Positions 1 through 8,696 of a DNA stretch of 64,000 nt are shown here, one piece after another. The stretch comes from an uncultured bacterium (GTDB taxonomy: Bacteria > Krumholzibacteriota > Krumholzibacteriia > LZORAL124-64-63): assembly GCA_963727525.1 (NCBI GenBank), contig CAVSGO010000003.1, forward strand, positions 320,001-384,000, given 5' to 3'. Numbering within the stretch: the stretch's first letter is position 1; each line of letters begins with the position of its first letter. The translations under genes and the position numbers were made by a program. The notes below the pieces were generated by a model that ran no database searches, had not been told where the DNA came from, and saw only the letters and a program-made list of their open reading frames with translations.

Positions 1-2
1 GT

Positions 3-1082
3 CCGGTGTGGCACGAGAAGAACGGCGCCTACTACTACGGGATCTTCTGGAGCGGCATGCCGGACCTCAACTTCCGCGCCCATGCGGTTCGGGAGGAGAT
101 GGAGAAGGTCGCCGGCTTCTGGCTCGACAAGGGCGTGGATGGCTTCCGACTGGACGCCGCGCGTCACCTGGTGGCCGATGGCCCAGGCGAGCAGCAGAAC
201 GACACCCCCGAGACCCACGCCTACTGGCATGAGTTTTCGCAGTTCATTCGCGAGCATCACCCCGACGCGCTCATGCTGGCCGAGGCATGGACCGATCCCG
301 GAAACATCGCGCGCTACTATGGCGATGCCGAGCATCTGCCCGGCGGCGACGAGTTCGGCATGACCTTCGACTTCGCGCTCGCCAGCGGTATCGTGGCGGC
401 CGTGAACCTGGGCGACGCCAACGCCGTCACCAGCGTGCTCGCGCGGCTGGCCATGAACTATCCGCAGGGCGTGCTCGACGCCCCCTTCCTCACGAATCAC
501 GATATGAGCCGCGTGGCCTCGCAGCTCGGCGCCGACGAGCGCAAGGAAGCCCAGGCGGCCGCCGTGCTGCTCACCCTGCCCGGCACGCCGTTCCTCTATT
601 ACGGCGAGGAGCTGGGCCTGCAGAACGGCCCCACGCGCGACGACAAGGACAAGCGCACGCCCATGCCCTGGGACGCCACGGCCGGCGGCGGCTTCACGGC
701 AGGCCGGCCCTGGCACGGCTTCGCTCCGGGGCGGGAATCCGCCACCGTCGCCGCTCTCACCGATGATCCGGCTGGGTTGCTCGCGCGCTACCGCACGCTC
801 ATCCATCTGCGGGCCGCCAATCCGGCGCTACGTACCGGCGACGTGACCGTGGTCCCGTTGGACGGCGAACCGCGCGGTATCCTGGCGTACCTGCGGCAGA
901 GCCCCGAGCAGCGCGTGCTCGTGGTGCACAACCTCGGCGATGCGCCGGCCACGGTCGCCTGGCAGCTTCCGGTCGCGGCGACCCGCTATGAGCTGCTCCT
1001 CGGCGATCGCGGTGTCGGCGTGCCTGCGAACGACGCCATCACCTTGCCCGCCCGCGCGACGGGGGTGTGGCAGCTGAGGTAG
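3..1082 (+). CDS. Alpha-amylase family glycoside hydrolase (GH13), 5'-truncated by window edge
   Basis: GH13 conserved regions: MPDLN, GFRLDAARH (nucleophile Asp), AEAW (acid/base Glu), FLTNHD, PFLYYGEELG, RTPMPW. Confidence 0.93.
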   Translation, partial: PVWHEKNGAYYYGIFWSGMPDLNFRAHAVREEMEKVAGFWLDKGVDGFRLDAARHLVADGPGEQQNDTPETHAYWHEFSQFIREHHPDALMLAEAWTDPGNIARYYGDAEHLPGGDEFGMTFDFALASGIVAAVNLGDANAVTSVLARLAMNYPQGVLDAPFLTNHDMSRVASQLGADERKEAQAAAVLLTLPGTPFLYYGEELGLQNGPTRDDKDKRTPMPWDATAGGGFTAGRPWHGFAPGRESATVAALTDDPAGLLARYRTLIHLRAANPALRTGDVTVVPLDGEPRGILAYLRQSPEQRVLVVHNLGDAPATVAWQLPVAATRYELLLGDRGVGVPANDAITLPARATGVWQLR

Positions 1083-1282
1083 CGCACGGGCGTGAATCTG
1101 CCCGCGGCGATGCTCGATCTACACGGCGACTGCTGGCCCGTCTGGCGCCGGGGCGCCGCGCCTGACCTTTCCTGCTTCGATATCTTAAAACATGGCGGCT
1201 GAAGTCAGGTTTTAGTAAACTATGTTCATCATTGAACTTGGATCTCAATAGGATCGATCGACCCGGAAGGAGGCCTCTTACC

Positions 1283-1672
1283 ATGACGTTCTCGCTGGTC
1301 GAGGTTCTCATGCTCCTGATCACGATCGGGACCGTGGTGCTCATCATCATGCTCGCCCGGATGGGGCAGAAGATCGGCAGTGCAGCCGAGGGGATCGAGG
1401 CGACATCGCACCGCGTCAACGCCCTCGAACCCGACGTGCGGCGCCTCATCAACAAGCTGGAGGCCCAGGTCGACGATCTGCGCCGGGTGACCGAGCAGAC
1501 AGAGCGCGTGGCGACGAACGTGGCTACCGTCACCGACGAATCGCGCCGCGTGGCACTCGATCTGATCCATGAGGTCGAGGATCTCCAGCTACCGGAGCGG
1601 TACCGGGCAGCGGTCGCCGGCGCCAAGGCAGGAATCGCGGTTCTTCGCGCAGCCAACCACAACGGTCGCTGA
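1283..1672 (+). CDS. DUF948/YtxG-like small membrane-anchored coiled-coil protein
   Basis: GGAAGGAGG RBS before ATG 1283; N-terminal TM helix followed by coiled coil; directly upstream of a YtxH-like gene, the typical pairing. Confidence 0.65.
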   Translation: MTFSLVEVLMLLITIGTVVLIIMLARMGQKIGSAAEGIEATSHRVNALEPDVRRLINKLEAQVDDLRRVTEQTERVATNVATVTDESRRVALDLIHEVEDLQLPERYRAAVAGAKAGIAVLRAANHNGR

Positions 1673-1695
1673 TCGCGGCGACATTGGAGGTAATC

Positions 1696-2031
1696 ATGAC
1701 CGACAACAGAGAATCCACATTCATGGCATTCGTGCTCGGCGCGGCCGCTGGTGGCATCGCCGCCCTTCTGCTCGCGCCGCGCAGCGGTTCGGAAACCCGC
1801 CGTCGCCTGCGCGAGAGCGCCGACGAGATCTACGAGACGGGCGAGGAGAAGGTGCGGCATGCGTCCCACACCGTGAAGGAGCACGCCTCCGACGTGGCCG
1901 ACAACGTGAAGGAACAAGTCGATCAGGCCACCGATGCGGCGAAGTCACGCGTCGAAGCCGTCAAGGAAGCCGCGTCCGAGGCCAAGCACACCTACGATAA
2001 GGAGCTGCGCCGCCAGGAAGCTCGCGGCTGA
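1696..2031 (+). CDS. YtxH domain-containing protein (general stress protein-like)
   Basis: Signature FVLGAAAGGIAALLLAPRSGSETRRRL; GGAGG RBS. Confidence 0.88.
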   Translation: MTDNRESTFMAFVLGAAAGGIAALLLAPRSGSETRRRLRESADEIYETGEEKVRHASHTVKEHASDVADNVKEQVDQATDAAKSRVEAVKEAASEAKHTYDKELRRQEARG

Positions 2032-2209
2032 GCCCTCAGACCCGTCCCCAGTCGGGTTGGTGAGCTGAATCCGTCGCGCGGCCGACCATTGCATCGGCCG
2101 CGCGTTGACCAATCCACCCAATTGTTGACACCCCGGTTTCAAGCATGGGAGAATGCGCCTGGCCCTTGCGCGTGTGCGCGAAGGCGTGCGCTCGAGGAGG
2201 CGTGACGCG

Positions 2210-2815
2210 ATGACATCGGAAGACGTTTCCACGAGCCAGCCGAACACGTGCGCCCAGTGCAATCGTGTCCTCGCCGAGGGCGAGCCGCGCGAGACCACCT
2301 CCGGCGGGGTGTTCTGCCAGCCGTGCTTCGCGGCGTTGCGGCAGCAGGTCGAGGCGGCCGTGGCGCAGCAGGGGGAGGGCATCAACTACGTCAACGCGGT
2401 CGCCGGAGGACTGGGCGGCGGTGTCGTCGGCGCCTTGGTCTGGTGGGGCTTCACGGTGCTCACCCACGTCTCGTTCGGCCTCGTGGCCGTGGTCATCGGC
2501 GTGCTCGTGGGCAAGGGCGTGGTGATGGCGACAGGCGGCAAACGGACCCCGGCGCTGCAGGCGATCTCGGTCGCCATCGCAGCGGTGGCGTTCTTCTACG
2601 CGACGTTTCTCGTGAATCGTAGCTTCATCCTCAAGTCGGTCGCGGAGCAGACCGGCCTCCACGACGCGGGCATCGCCATTCCCTTCGTTCCATCGCCATC
2701 GCTCATGTTGACGGTCGTCAAGGCCGGCTTCCAGTTCTTCGATCTCGTCTTCCTGGCGATCGCGCTGTACGAGGCCTGGAAGATCCCGTCTCCCTTCCGC
2801 CTGGGGAGACGCTAG
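2210..2815 (+). CDS. Membrane protein with N-terminal CxxC...CxxC zinc-finger
   Basis: CAQC...CQPC followed by about 4 hydrophobic TM segments; start codon uncertain (2153 or 2210). Confidence 0.7.
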   Translation: MTSEDVSTSQPNTCAQCNRVLAEGEPRETTSGGVFCQPCFAALRQQVEAAVAQQGEGINYVNAVAGGLGGGVVGALVWWGFTVLTHVSFGLVAVVIGVLVGKGVVMATGGKRTPALQAISVAIAAVAFFYATFLVNRSFILKSVAEQTGLHDAGIAIPFVPSPSLMLTVVKAGFQFFDLVFLAIALYEAWKIPSPFRLGRR

Positions 2816-2816
2816 C

Positions 2817-3707
2817 GTGGCCGACCACGACGACCGTGGCGATCGCGAGAAGACGATCGCCAACCTGCGCGCCGTGGCCGCGCATATGGCGGGGCGAGAA
2901 TCCGAAAACGCGCACCAGCCGTCGACGCCGGCGACGGGGCCGCCGTCGAGTTCGGCCACCCAGCGCTGGGGCCGGTGGGGAGCGCTCGGCGCCGCGGGCG
3001 CGTTCGCCCTGGGCAAGCTCAAGCTCCTGCTCCCGCTGCTGAAGTTCGCCAAGCTGGGCTCGCTGCTCACCATGTTGGTCGCGGTGTGGGCCTATGCCAT
3101 GTTCTGGGGGTGGCCCTTCGCCGTGGGCTTCGTGGCGCTCATCGCCGTCCACGAGAGCGGCCACGCCATCGCGATGCGCCAGCAGGGCTTGCGCGCGGGA
3201 GCGCCGGTGTTCATCCCGTTCGTGGGGGCGGTCATCGCGATGAAGGACATGCCGCGCAACGCGCACGTGGAGGCGGTGGTGGCGATCGGTGGCCCGCTTC
3301 TGGGCAGCGTGGGGGCGGCGGTCTGCCTGCTCGTGGGCCGGCTCACGGGGGCGACGATCTGGTATGCTCTGGCCTCGACCGGCTTCCTGATCAATCTCTT
3401 CAACTTGATCCCGATCAGTCCGCTCGACGGGGGCCGCATCGTCGGCGTGATCAGTCGCTGGCTGTGGATGGCAGGATTCGCGATCGGCGTTGTCGTCTTC
3501 CTGAAGACGCACTCGCCTCTGCTCTTCCTGATCCTGCTGCTCGGGCTGTTCAGTCTGGGCAGGGCCCGCCGCGGCCCCACCGCGGACTACTTCGACGTCT
3601 CGGCGTCGCTGAGGGCGCGCATGGCCGTCGCCTACTTCGGGCTGGCCGCCTTGCTGGCCGTGGGCATGTGGGTGGCTGAGCGGCCGTTGCGTCATCTGCA
3701 CGGCTGA
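2817..3707 (+). CDS. Site-2 protease family (M50) intramembrane zinc metalloprotease
   Basis: HESGH zinc motif, GGP motif, NLFNLIPISPLDGG motif, multiple TM helices. Confidence 0.93.
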   Translation: MADHDDRGDREKTIANLRAVAAHMAGRESENAHQPSTPATGPPSSSATQRWGRWGALGAAGAFALGKLKLLLPLLKFAKLGSLLTMLVAVWAYAMFWGWPFAVGFVALIAVHESGHAIAMRQQGLRAGAPVFIPFVGAVIAMKDMPRNAHVEAVVAIGGPLLGSVGAAVCLLVGRLTGATIWYALASTGFLINLFNLIPISPLDGGRIVGVISRWLWMAGFAIGVVVFLKTHSPLLFLILLLGLFSLGRARRGPTADYFDVSASLRARMAVAYFGLAALLAVGMWVAERPLRHLHG

Positions 3708-3881
3708 ACTCCGCGACTGCGATGGGGGAAGTCAGTGCGCGCCGGTGCTGCGCACGATCGGGTCGGACCTATCGACACGCCTCATCGCCCATGGTCCCAA
3801 CCGCCGAAGTCGATCCTTGCGGCATTCTGTGGCAACCACGATCTTGACCGCAGCCCCATGTGACGAGGAGGCGATCAGGGC

Positions 3882-5342
3882 GTGTTCCACTACCAGGCCG
3901 GTTTGTGCCGGCATCCGTCCCGTGCTGCCGTGGCCACGCGCCCTGGCCCAGCAGCCGTGATCCTGATTTTTCTGCTCTGTGGTTCCACATCCGCGACGGT
4001 GGCCCGTGCGCGAGTCGTATCCGACCGCCCCGTCTCGTCTCGGCACCCGTCTGTACTCCTGATCGGCATCGACACCATGCGCGGCGACCATCTCGGGTGT
4101 GCCGGCGACGACTCGATCGAGACGCCGAACCTCGATGGGCTTGCGCACGAGGGCGTGCTCTTCACCGCGGCCCACGCGGCGGCGCCGTGGACGCTGCCGT
4201 CGTTCGCCACCGTCTTCACCGGCCTCTGGCCGAGCCACCATGGAGCCGTGGGCGGCACGCACGCCTGGCTGGACAGCCGAATGACGACCATGGCCGAGAT
4301 ATTCTCCGCGGCGGGCTACGCCGTGGAGGGCGTGGCCGGGATCGACTGGTTGACCCGGCAGTGCAACATGGACCAGGGTTTCCAGCCCGGTTCCGGCCCG
4401 ATGCCTCCGGAGGGACTCGACCGGACCAAAACGCACACCTGGCTGGCCGGCGACTTCTTCGCGCGCATGCGCTCCCGACCGGCCTTCTTCTTCCTGCACT
4501 ATTTCAGTGTCCATGCCCCCTATACGCCACCGCCTCCGTACGACGGCATGTACTATCACGGCGACGCCCGCGCGCCGGGCGAACCGATCCTGACGATGCT
4601 GCTCTCGTCGAGCAACCGCGCGCCCAACCGCGAAGATGGCATGTACGACTTCCTCGCGGGAGTGACCGACCTCGCGTACCCGATCACGCAGTACGCCGCC
4701 GGCGTGACCTACGTCGACGCCCAGATCGGCGTCCTCATGGCGCGGCTGAAGGAGCTGGGCGTCTACGACGACATGCTGATCGTGGTCCTCGCCGACCACG
4801 GCGAGCACCTGGGCGAGCACGGCATCTGGTTCACGCACTTGCTGCCCTACGAGGAGACGCTGCACGTGCCTCTCATCATCAAGTTGCCGCGGGGGCGACA
4901 TGCGGGCACCGTCGTCGATGAGCCGGTGTCCCTGGTCGACGTGCTGCCGACGGTCCTGGATGAGACGGGACTTTCGGCACGCACGGCGCTCGATGGACGT
5001 GACCTGGGTCCGTTGATGGCGGGGCGCGACACCGGCCGCTCGGTCATCGCGGCCGAACAGGGGGCCGATCCGCGGCACGACTGCCGCACGCTGCAAGAAG
5101 GACGATGGAAGCTGCTCGTCTTTCGCGACGATGCGGCGTCGCGTTGCGAGCTGTACGACCTGGCCGTCGATCCCGCCGAGCGGCACGACAGCGCGTCCGA
5201 ACGGCCAGGGATCGTCGCGCGTCTGCGCAGGAAGATGGAGGCGCTTTGGCCGGATGGCTGGGATGCCACCACGGGCAGCGCGCCGGAACTTCCGGCAATC
5301 GACAACGCCGCGCGCAGGCGATTGAAGTCGCTCGGCTATTGA
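3882..5342 (+). CDS. Sulfatase-like hydrolase/transferase (alkaline phosphatase superfamily), exported
   Basis: LIGIDTMRGDH, TPNLD, WTLPSFATVFTG, HAPY, DHGE, VPLII, ELYDL..DP.E, C-terminal LKSLGY; hydrophobic N-terminal segment; start uncertain. Confidence 0.88.
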   Translation: MFHYQAGLCRHPSRAAVATRPGPAAVILIFLLCGSTSATVARARVVSDRPVSSRHPSVLLIGIDTMRGDHLGCAGDDSIETPNLDGLAHEGVLFTAAHAAAPWTLPSFATVFTGLWPSHHGAVGGTHAWLDSRMTTMAEIFSAAGYAVEGVAGIDWLTRQCNMDQGFQPGSGPMPPEGLDRTKTHTWLAGDFFARMRSRPAFFFLHYFSVHAPYTPPPPYDGMYYHGDARAPGEPILTMLLSSSNRAPNREDGMYDFLAGVTDLAYPITQYAAGVTYVDAQIGVLMARLKELGVYDDMLIVVLADHGEHLGEHGIWFTHLLPYEETLHVPLIIKLPRGRHAGTVVDEPVSLVDVLPTVLDETGLSARTALDGRDLGPLMAGRDTGRSVIAAEQGADPRHDCRTLQEGRWKLLVFRDDAASRCELYDLAVDPAERHDSASERPGIVARLRRKMEALWPDGWDATTGSAPELPAIDNAARRRLKSLGY

Positions 5343-5349
5343 TCCATGC

Positions 5350-6213
5350 TCATGCCGGTTTCCAGCGCCGGTGGACCCACAACCACTGCGCGGGGTGCGT
5401 CCGGACGACGTCCTCCAGCCACGCGTTGTAGCCGCGGGTGGTGAGGCTGACGGTGTCCTCGAGGTCGCGTCCGGGGACCAGCGGCAGAGGCGGTCCGAAG
5501 GTGGCGTGGTGCGTGCCCGCGTCATCCCGCCAGCTCCAGGCGGGCAGCACGGGGCAGCCCGTGCGGGCCGCGAGCAGGGCGGGAGCTTTCGTGGTGCCGG
5601 CGTCGCGGCCGAAGAACGGCCCGCGTACACCGGTGGTGCCTCCCTCGTGCTGATCGATCGACAGGCCGACCGTGCGCCCCTGGCGCAACCGACGCAGGAT
5701 CGTGGCCAGCGAGCCCGCATCGTCGAGAAACGTGACGCCATGCGTGGCGCGAATCCCCTGCCAGAACCGATCGACGGCTCCGACATGCGCATGCCGGGTC
5801 ACCACGGCCACGTCGAGCCCGAGGGCGGCCTGCGCCGCGCACAGCCACTCCCAGTTGCCCACGTGGGCCGTGATCAGCACCACCCCGCGACCTGCCGCCT
5901 GCGCGGTGCGCACATGCTCGAGGCCGCTGACGGTGAAACGGGTGAGGAGCGCGTCGGACGAGATCGCAGGCAGGCGCAGGAACTCGGCTGCCACGAGGCC
6001 GAGGTGCCGGAAGTGGGCGCGGCAGATCGCCCGCAGGGCCGCCTCATCGTGGGTGGCGCCCAGGGCTGTGCGCAGGTTCGTGAGCGCGACCGTGCGCCGG
6101 CGGCGGGCGCTCGCGTGAGCGGCGCCGCCGAAGCTCTGACCGAGGCCGAGGATGGCGTCCTCGGGGAGGCGCAGGCACAGTCCGTGGACGGCTTGAAGAA
6201 TCTGCGAGGTCAC
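5350..6213 (-). CDS. Lipid A biosynthesis lauroyl/myristoyl acyltransferase (LpxL/HtrB family)
   Basis: AHVGNWE catalytic motif, DQ, FFG, HPAQWLWVHRRWK C-terminus. Confidence 0.9.
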   Translation of the reverse strand: MTSQILQAVHGLCLRLPEDAILGLGQSFGGAAHASARRRRTVALTNLRTALGATHDEAALRAICRAHFRHLGLVAAEFLRLPAISSDALLTRFTVSGLEHVRTAQAAGRGVVLITAHVGNWEWLCAAQAALGLDVAVVTRHAHVGAVDRFWQGIRATHGVTFLDDAGSLATILRRLRQGRTVGLSIDQHEGGTTGVRGPFFGRDAGTTKAPALLAARTGCPVLPAWSWRDDAGTHHATFGPPLPLVPGRDLEDTVSLTTRGYNAWLEDVVRTHPAQWLWVHRRWKPA

Positions 6214-6397
6214 GTCTCGTTCTACGTTTCGTGAGGGCCGGAGGGCGCGCGGACAAGCTGAGTTTAGGTCGCCAACCGGATCGGGTCAAAGGCCGCTACG
6301 GCCGCGGATTCTCTCCCCCCGGTGTCCGCTTCATGGTAAAATCGACTCATGATATCCTGATTTGTCGCCCACCCTGCCCGCTGGACGGAGGATCGTG

Positions 6398-8626
6398 ATG
6401 ACGATGACGTCGCGCACCGCGACCATACTCGCCCTGGTCGCCACGCTGGCCGTGGCGGTCGCCGCGCCCGCCGGCGCCGTCGACCTGCAATATTCCTGGG
6501 GCCACCCGAGCCCTCAGGGCAATGCCGTGTTCGGACTCGCCTTCGCCGACGCGCAGAACGGCTGGGCCGTCTGCGGTGGCGGCACCATCCTGCGGACCAC
6601 CGACGCTGGGGAGCACTGGCAGGAGCAGCACGGACTGCTCTCGGTGGCCACGGATCTCTACGACATCGTCGTCACACCGGCCGGCACCCTGGTGGCTGTG
6701 GGCGATGGCATCCACCGCAGCACCGACGGCGGCGCCACCTGGAGCGCCATCGCGGCGCCGGGTTCTTCCGACCTTCGCGACCTGGCGCTGATTCCTGGTG
6801 GCGACCTCTCCGCGGCGGGGGACGGTGGCGTCACGCTCGTGTCCACCGACGATGGGCTCACCTGGGGCGACGTGGGGCCGCACGTCGGCACCATCAAGCA
6901 CCACGTGTGGCTATCGACCACGGAGGCCTACGTCGTGGGCGACGATGTCGCGCACCACACCACCGACGGCGGCGCGCACTGGACTCAGTTTCTCACCTTC
7001 GCGTTCTTCGGCTACAGCGAGGTGTACTTCACCACGCCCACCGTCGGCTACGTGGTCGAGGATTTCGCGTACTGGGTCACCACCAACGGCGGCCTCACCT
7101 GGACACAGAACAGCCAGTTCGTCGCGCCGCTCTACCGCTACCGCACCCTGGTCCTGACGCCTCAGCACTGGCTCGCCGTCTGTGACGGCGAGGGTGCCGA
7201 ACTTTGGGAGACGGTCGACGGCGGGACGTCCTGGACGAACCACCTCTTCCGGCCGCTCGTCGGCTGTCCGTCCATCGTGCAGACGCCGGCGGGGCGCGTC
7301 GTCTTCGGGAGTTCCGGCGGCGATCTGTACTGGACCGACGATTTCGGCGCCACCCTCACCAATACCACGACCAACCTCTGCGAGGCTGCGGTCAACGCCT
7401 ACATCCTCACCTTCATGCTGCGCCCCGACGGCGTGCTCTTCGCCGCCAACCAGCCCAGCAGCGGTGGGGATGTGCAGAGCTGGCTTCGCAGCGACGACGG
7501 CGGCACCACATGGTCGGTGCCGGCGAGCGCGCCCGGGCTGCGCTGGGTCTATGGCGCCGATTTCCTCGACAACGACCATGGCGTGGTCGTGTTCGATAGC
7601 GAAGTCCGCTATACCGACGACGGCGGCGACACCTGGAACCCGGCCACGCTCCCCGACGCCAATCGCGGCGTGCGCGTGACCCTGGCGGCGCCGGATCGCT
7701 ACTTCATTGCCGCCTACAAGACCGCCGGTGGGGGCGCGCTGCTGCTCAGCGACGATGGCGGCCAGTCCTGGATTCCCGTGGGCGGCGGTCTACCCGCGAA
7801 CGGGGTCAGGTACAGTGATGTCGCGTTCCCGACCCCGCAAATCGGCTTCGCGGCCGGCAACACGAACGCGGCGGCGCCCGTGCTCTACCGCACCTCCGAT
7901 GCCGGGGCGACGTGGCAATCCGTCACGGCCACCGGCCTCACCGCGCCCATCTCCACGATGGTATGGTTCGACGCGCAGACCGCCGTTGCCGCCGCGCGTA
8001 ACGGCAGCAATGTGGGCGTGTTCCGCACCGTCGATGGCGGCGAGCACTGGACCAACGTACTCGCGACCACGATCGCGTCGCTGGCCTTCCAACCCGACGG
8101 CCGCGGACTCGCGGCTCCGCTCAGCTTCAGCTCGCAGTCGTACTACTCTACCGAGGATTGGGGTCAGACCTGGCAACCCGTCACCGCGCCGCTCAGCAGC
8201 CCCTTTCCGGGCTACCACTACTCACCGTCCGTCGCCGTCGCCGTCGGCGACCACTGGGTGATCGGCGGCAACACCAATCGCCTCCTCGTGGTGCGCGATC
8301 AAGTGACGACGGCGACGCCCGACGGCGTCGTCGCCGCGGCCGGTCCGGGCGTCTGCGCGGTGACCGCAGTCTCTCCCAACCCTTTCAACCCGCGCACGAC
8401 CCTGGCGTACTCCGTGGCTCGAGACGGGCACGTGCAGCTCGCGATCTTCGACCTCCGGGGCCGGCGCGTGCGTGCGCTCGTCGATGGCGCTCGCGCGGCC
8501 GGCCGCCACGTGGCCGCATGGGACGGCCGCGACGACCGGGGTGCCATGGCACCGGCGGGCGTCTACCTCTACCGGCTCGAGAGCGGTGGGCAGACCGCCA
8601 CGGGCAAGCTCGTGATGATGAAGTAA
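6398..8626 (+). CDS. Secreted BNR/Asp-box (Ycf48-like) beta-propeller protein with C-terminal FlgD-Ig/T9SS-like domain
   Basis: Signal peptide; about 13 Asp-boxes (xTxDGGxTW); C-terminal SPNPFNPRT...FDLRGRRVR...WDGRD...GVYLY. Confidence 0.88.
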   Translation: MTMTSRTATILALVATLAVAVAAPAGAVDLQYSWGHPSPQGNAVFGLAFADAQNGWAVCGGGTILRTTDAGEHWQEQHGLLSVATDLYDIVVTPAGTLVAVGDGIHRSTDGGATWSAIAAPGSSDLRDLALIPGGDLSAAGDGGVTLVSTDDGLTWGDVGPHVGTIKHHVWLSTTEAYVVGDDVAHHTTDGGAHWTQFLTFAFFGYSEVYFTTPTVGYVVEDFAYWVTTNGGLTWTQNSQFVAPLYRYRTLVLTPQHWLAVCDGEGAELWETVDGGTSWTNHLFRPLVGCPSIVQTPAGRVVFGSSGGDLYWTDDFGATLTNTTTNLCEAAVNAYILTFMLRPDGVLFAANQPSSGGDVQSWLRSDDGGTTWSVPASAPGLRWVYGADFLDNDHGVVVFDSEVRYTDDGGDTWNPATLPDANRGVRVTLAAPDRYFIAAYKTAGGGALLLSDDGGQSWIPVGGGLPANGVRYSDVAFPTPQIGFAAGNTNAAAPVLYRTSDAGATWQSVTATGLTAPISTMVWFDAQTAVAAARNGSNVGVFRTVDGGEHWTNVLATTIASLAFQPDGRGLAAPLSFSSQSYYSTEDWGQTWQPVTAPLSSPFPGYHYSPSVAVAVGDHWVIGGNTNRLLVVRDQVTTATPDGVVAAAGPGVCAVTAVSPNPFNPRTTLAYSVARDGHVQLAIFDLRGRRVRALVDGARAAGRHVAAWDGRDDRGAMAPAGVYLYRLESGGQTATGKLVMMK

Positions 8627-8640
8627 TCGGGGTAGACAAG

Positions 8641-8673
8641 CGAGGACCCGGAACGCCAGGTTCCGGGTCCTCG
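8641..8673. terminator. Hairpin between convergent genes (likely bidirectional terminator)
   Basis: Perfect 14-bp stem CGAGGACCCGGAAC / GTTCCGGGTCCTCG with 5-nt loop. Confidence 0.7.
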
Positions 8674-8696
8674 TCGTCATCCGGTGATACGGCAGG

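Noticed and set aside
3732-5792. Long antisense ORFs (also 13172-15061, 14970-16577, 45079-46839, 57794-59398)
   Set aside because: Typical stop-poor shadows opposite genuine high-GC genes; no recognisable motifs
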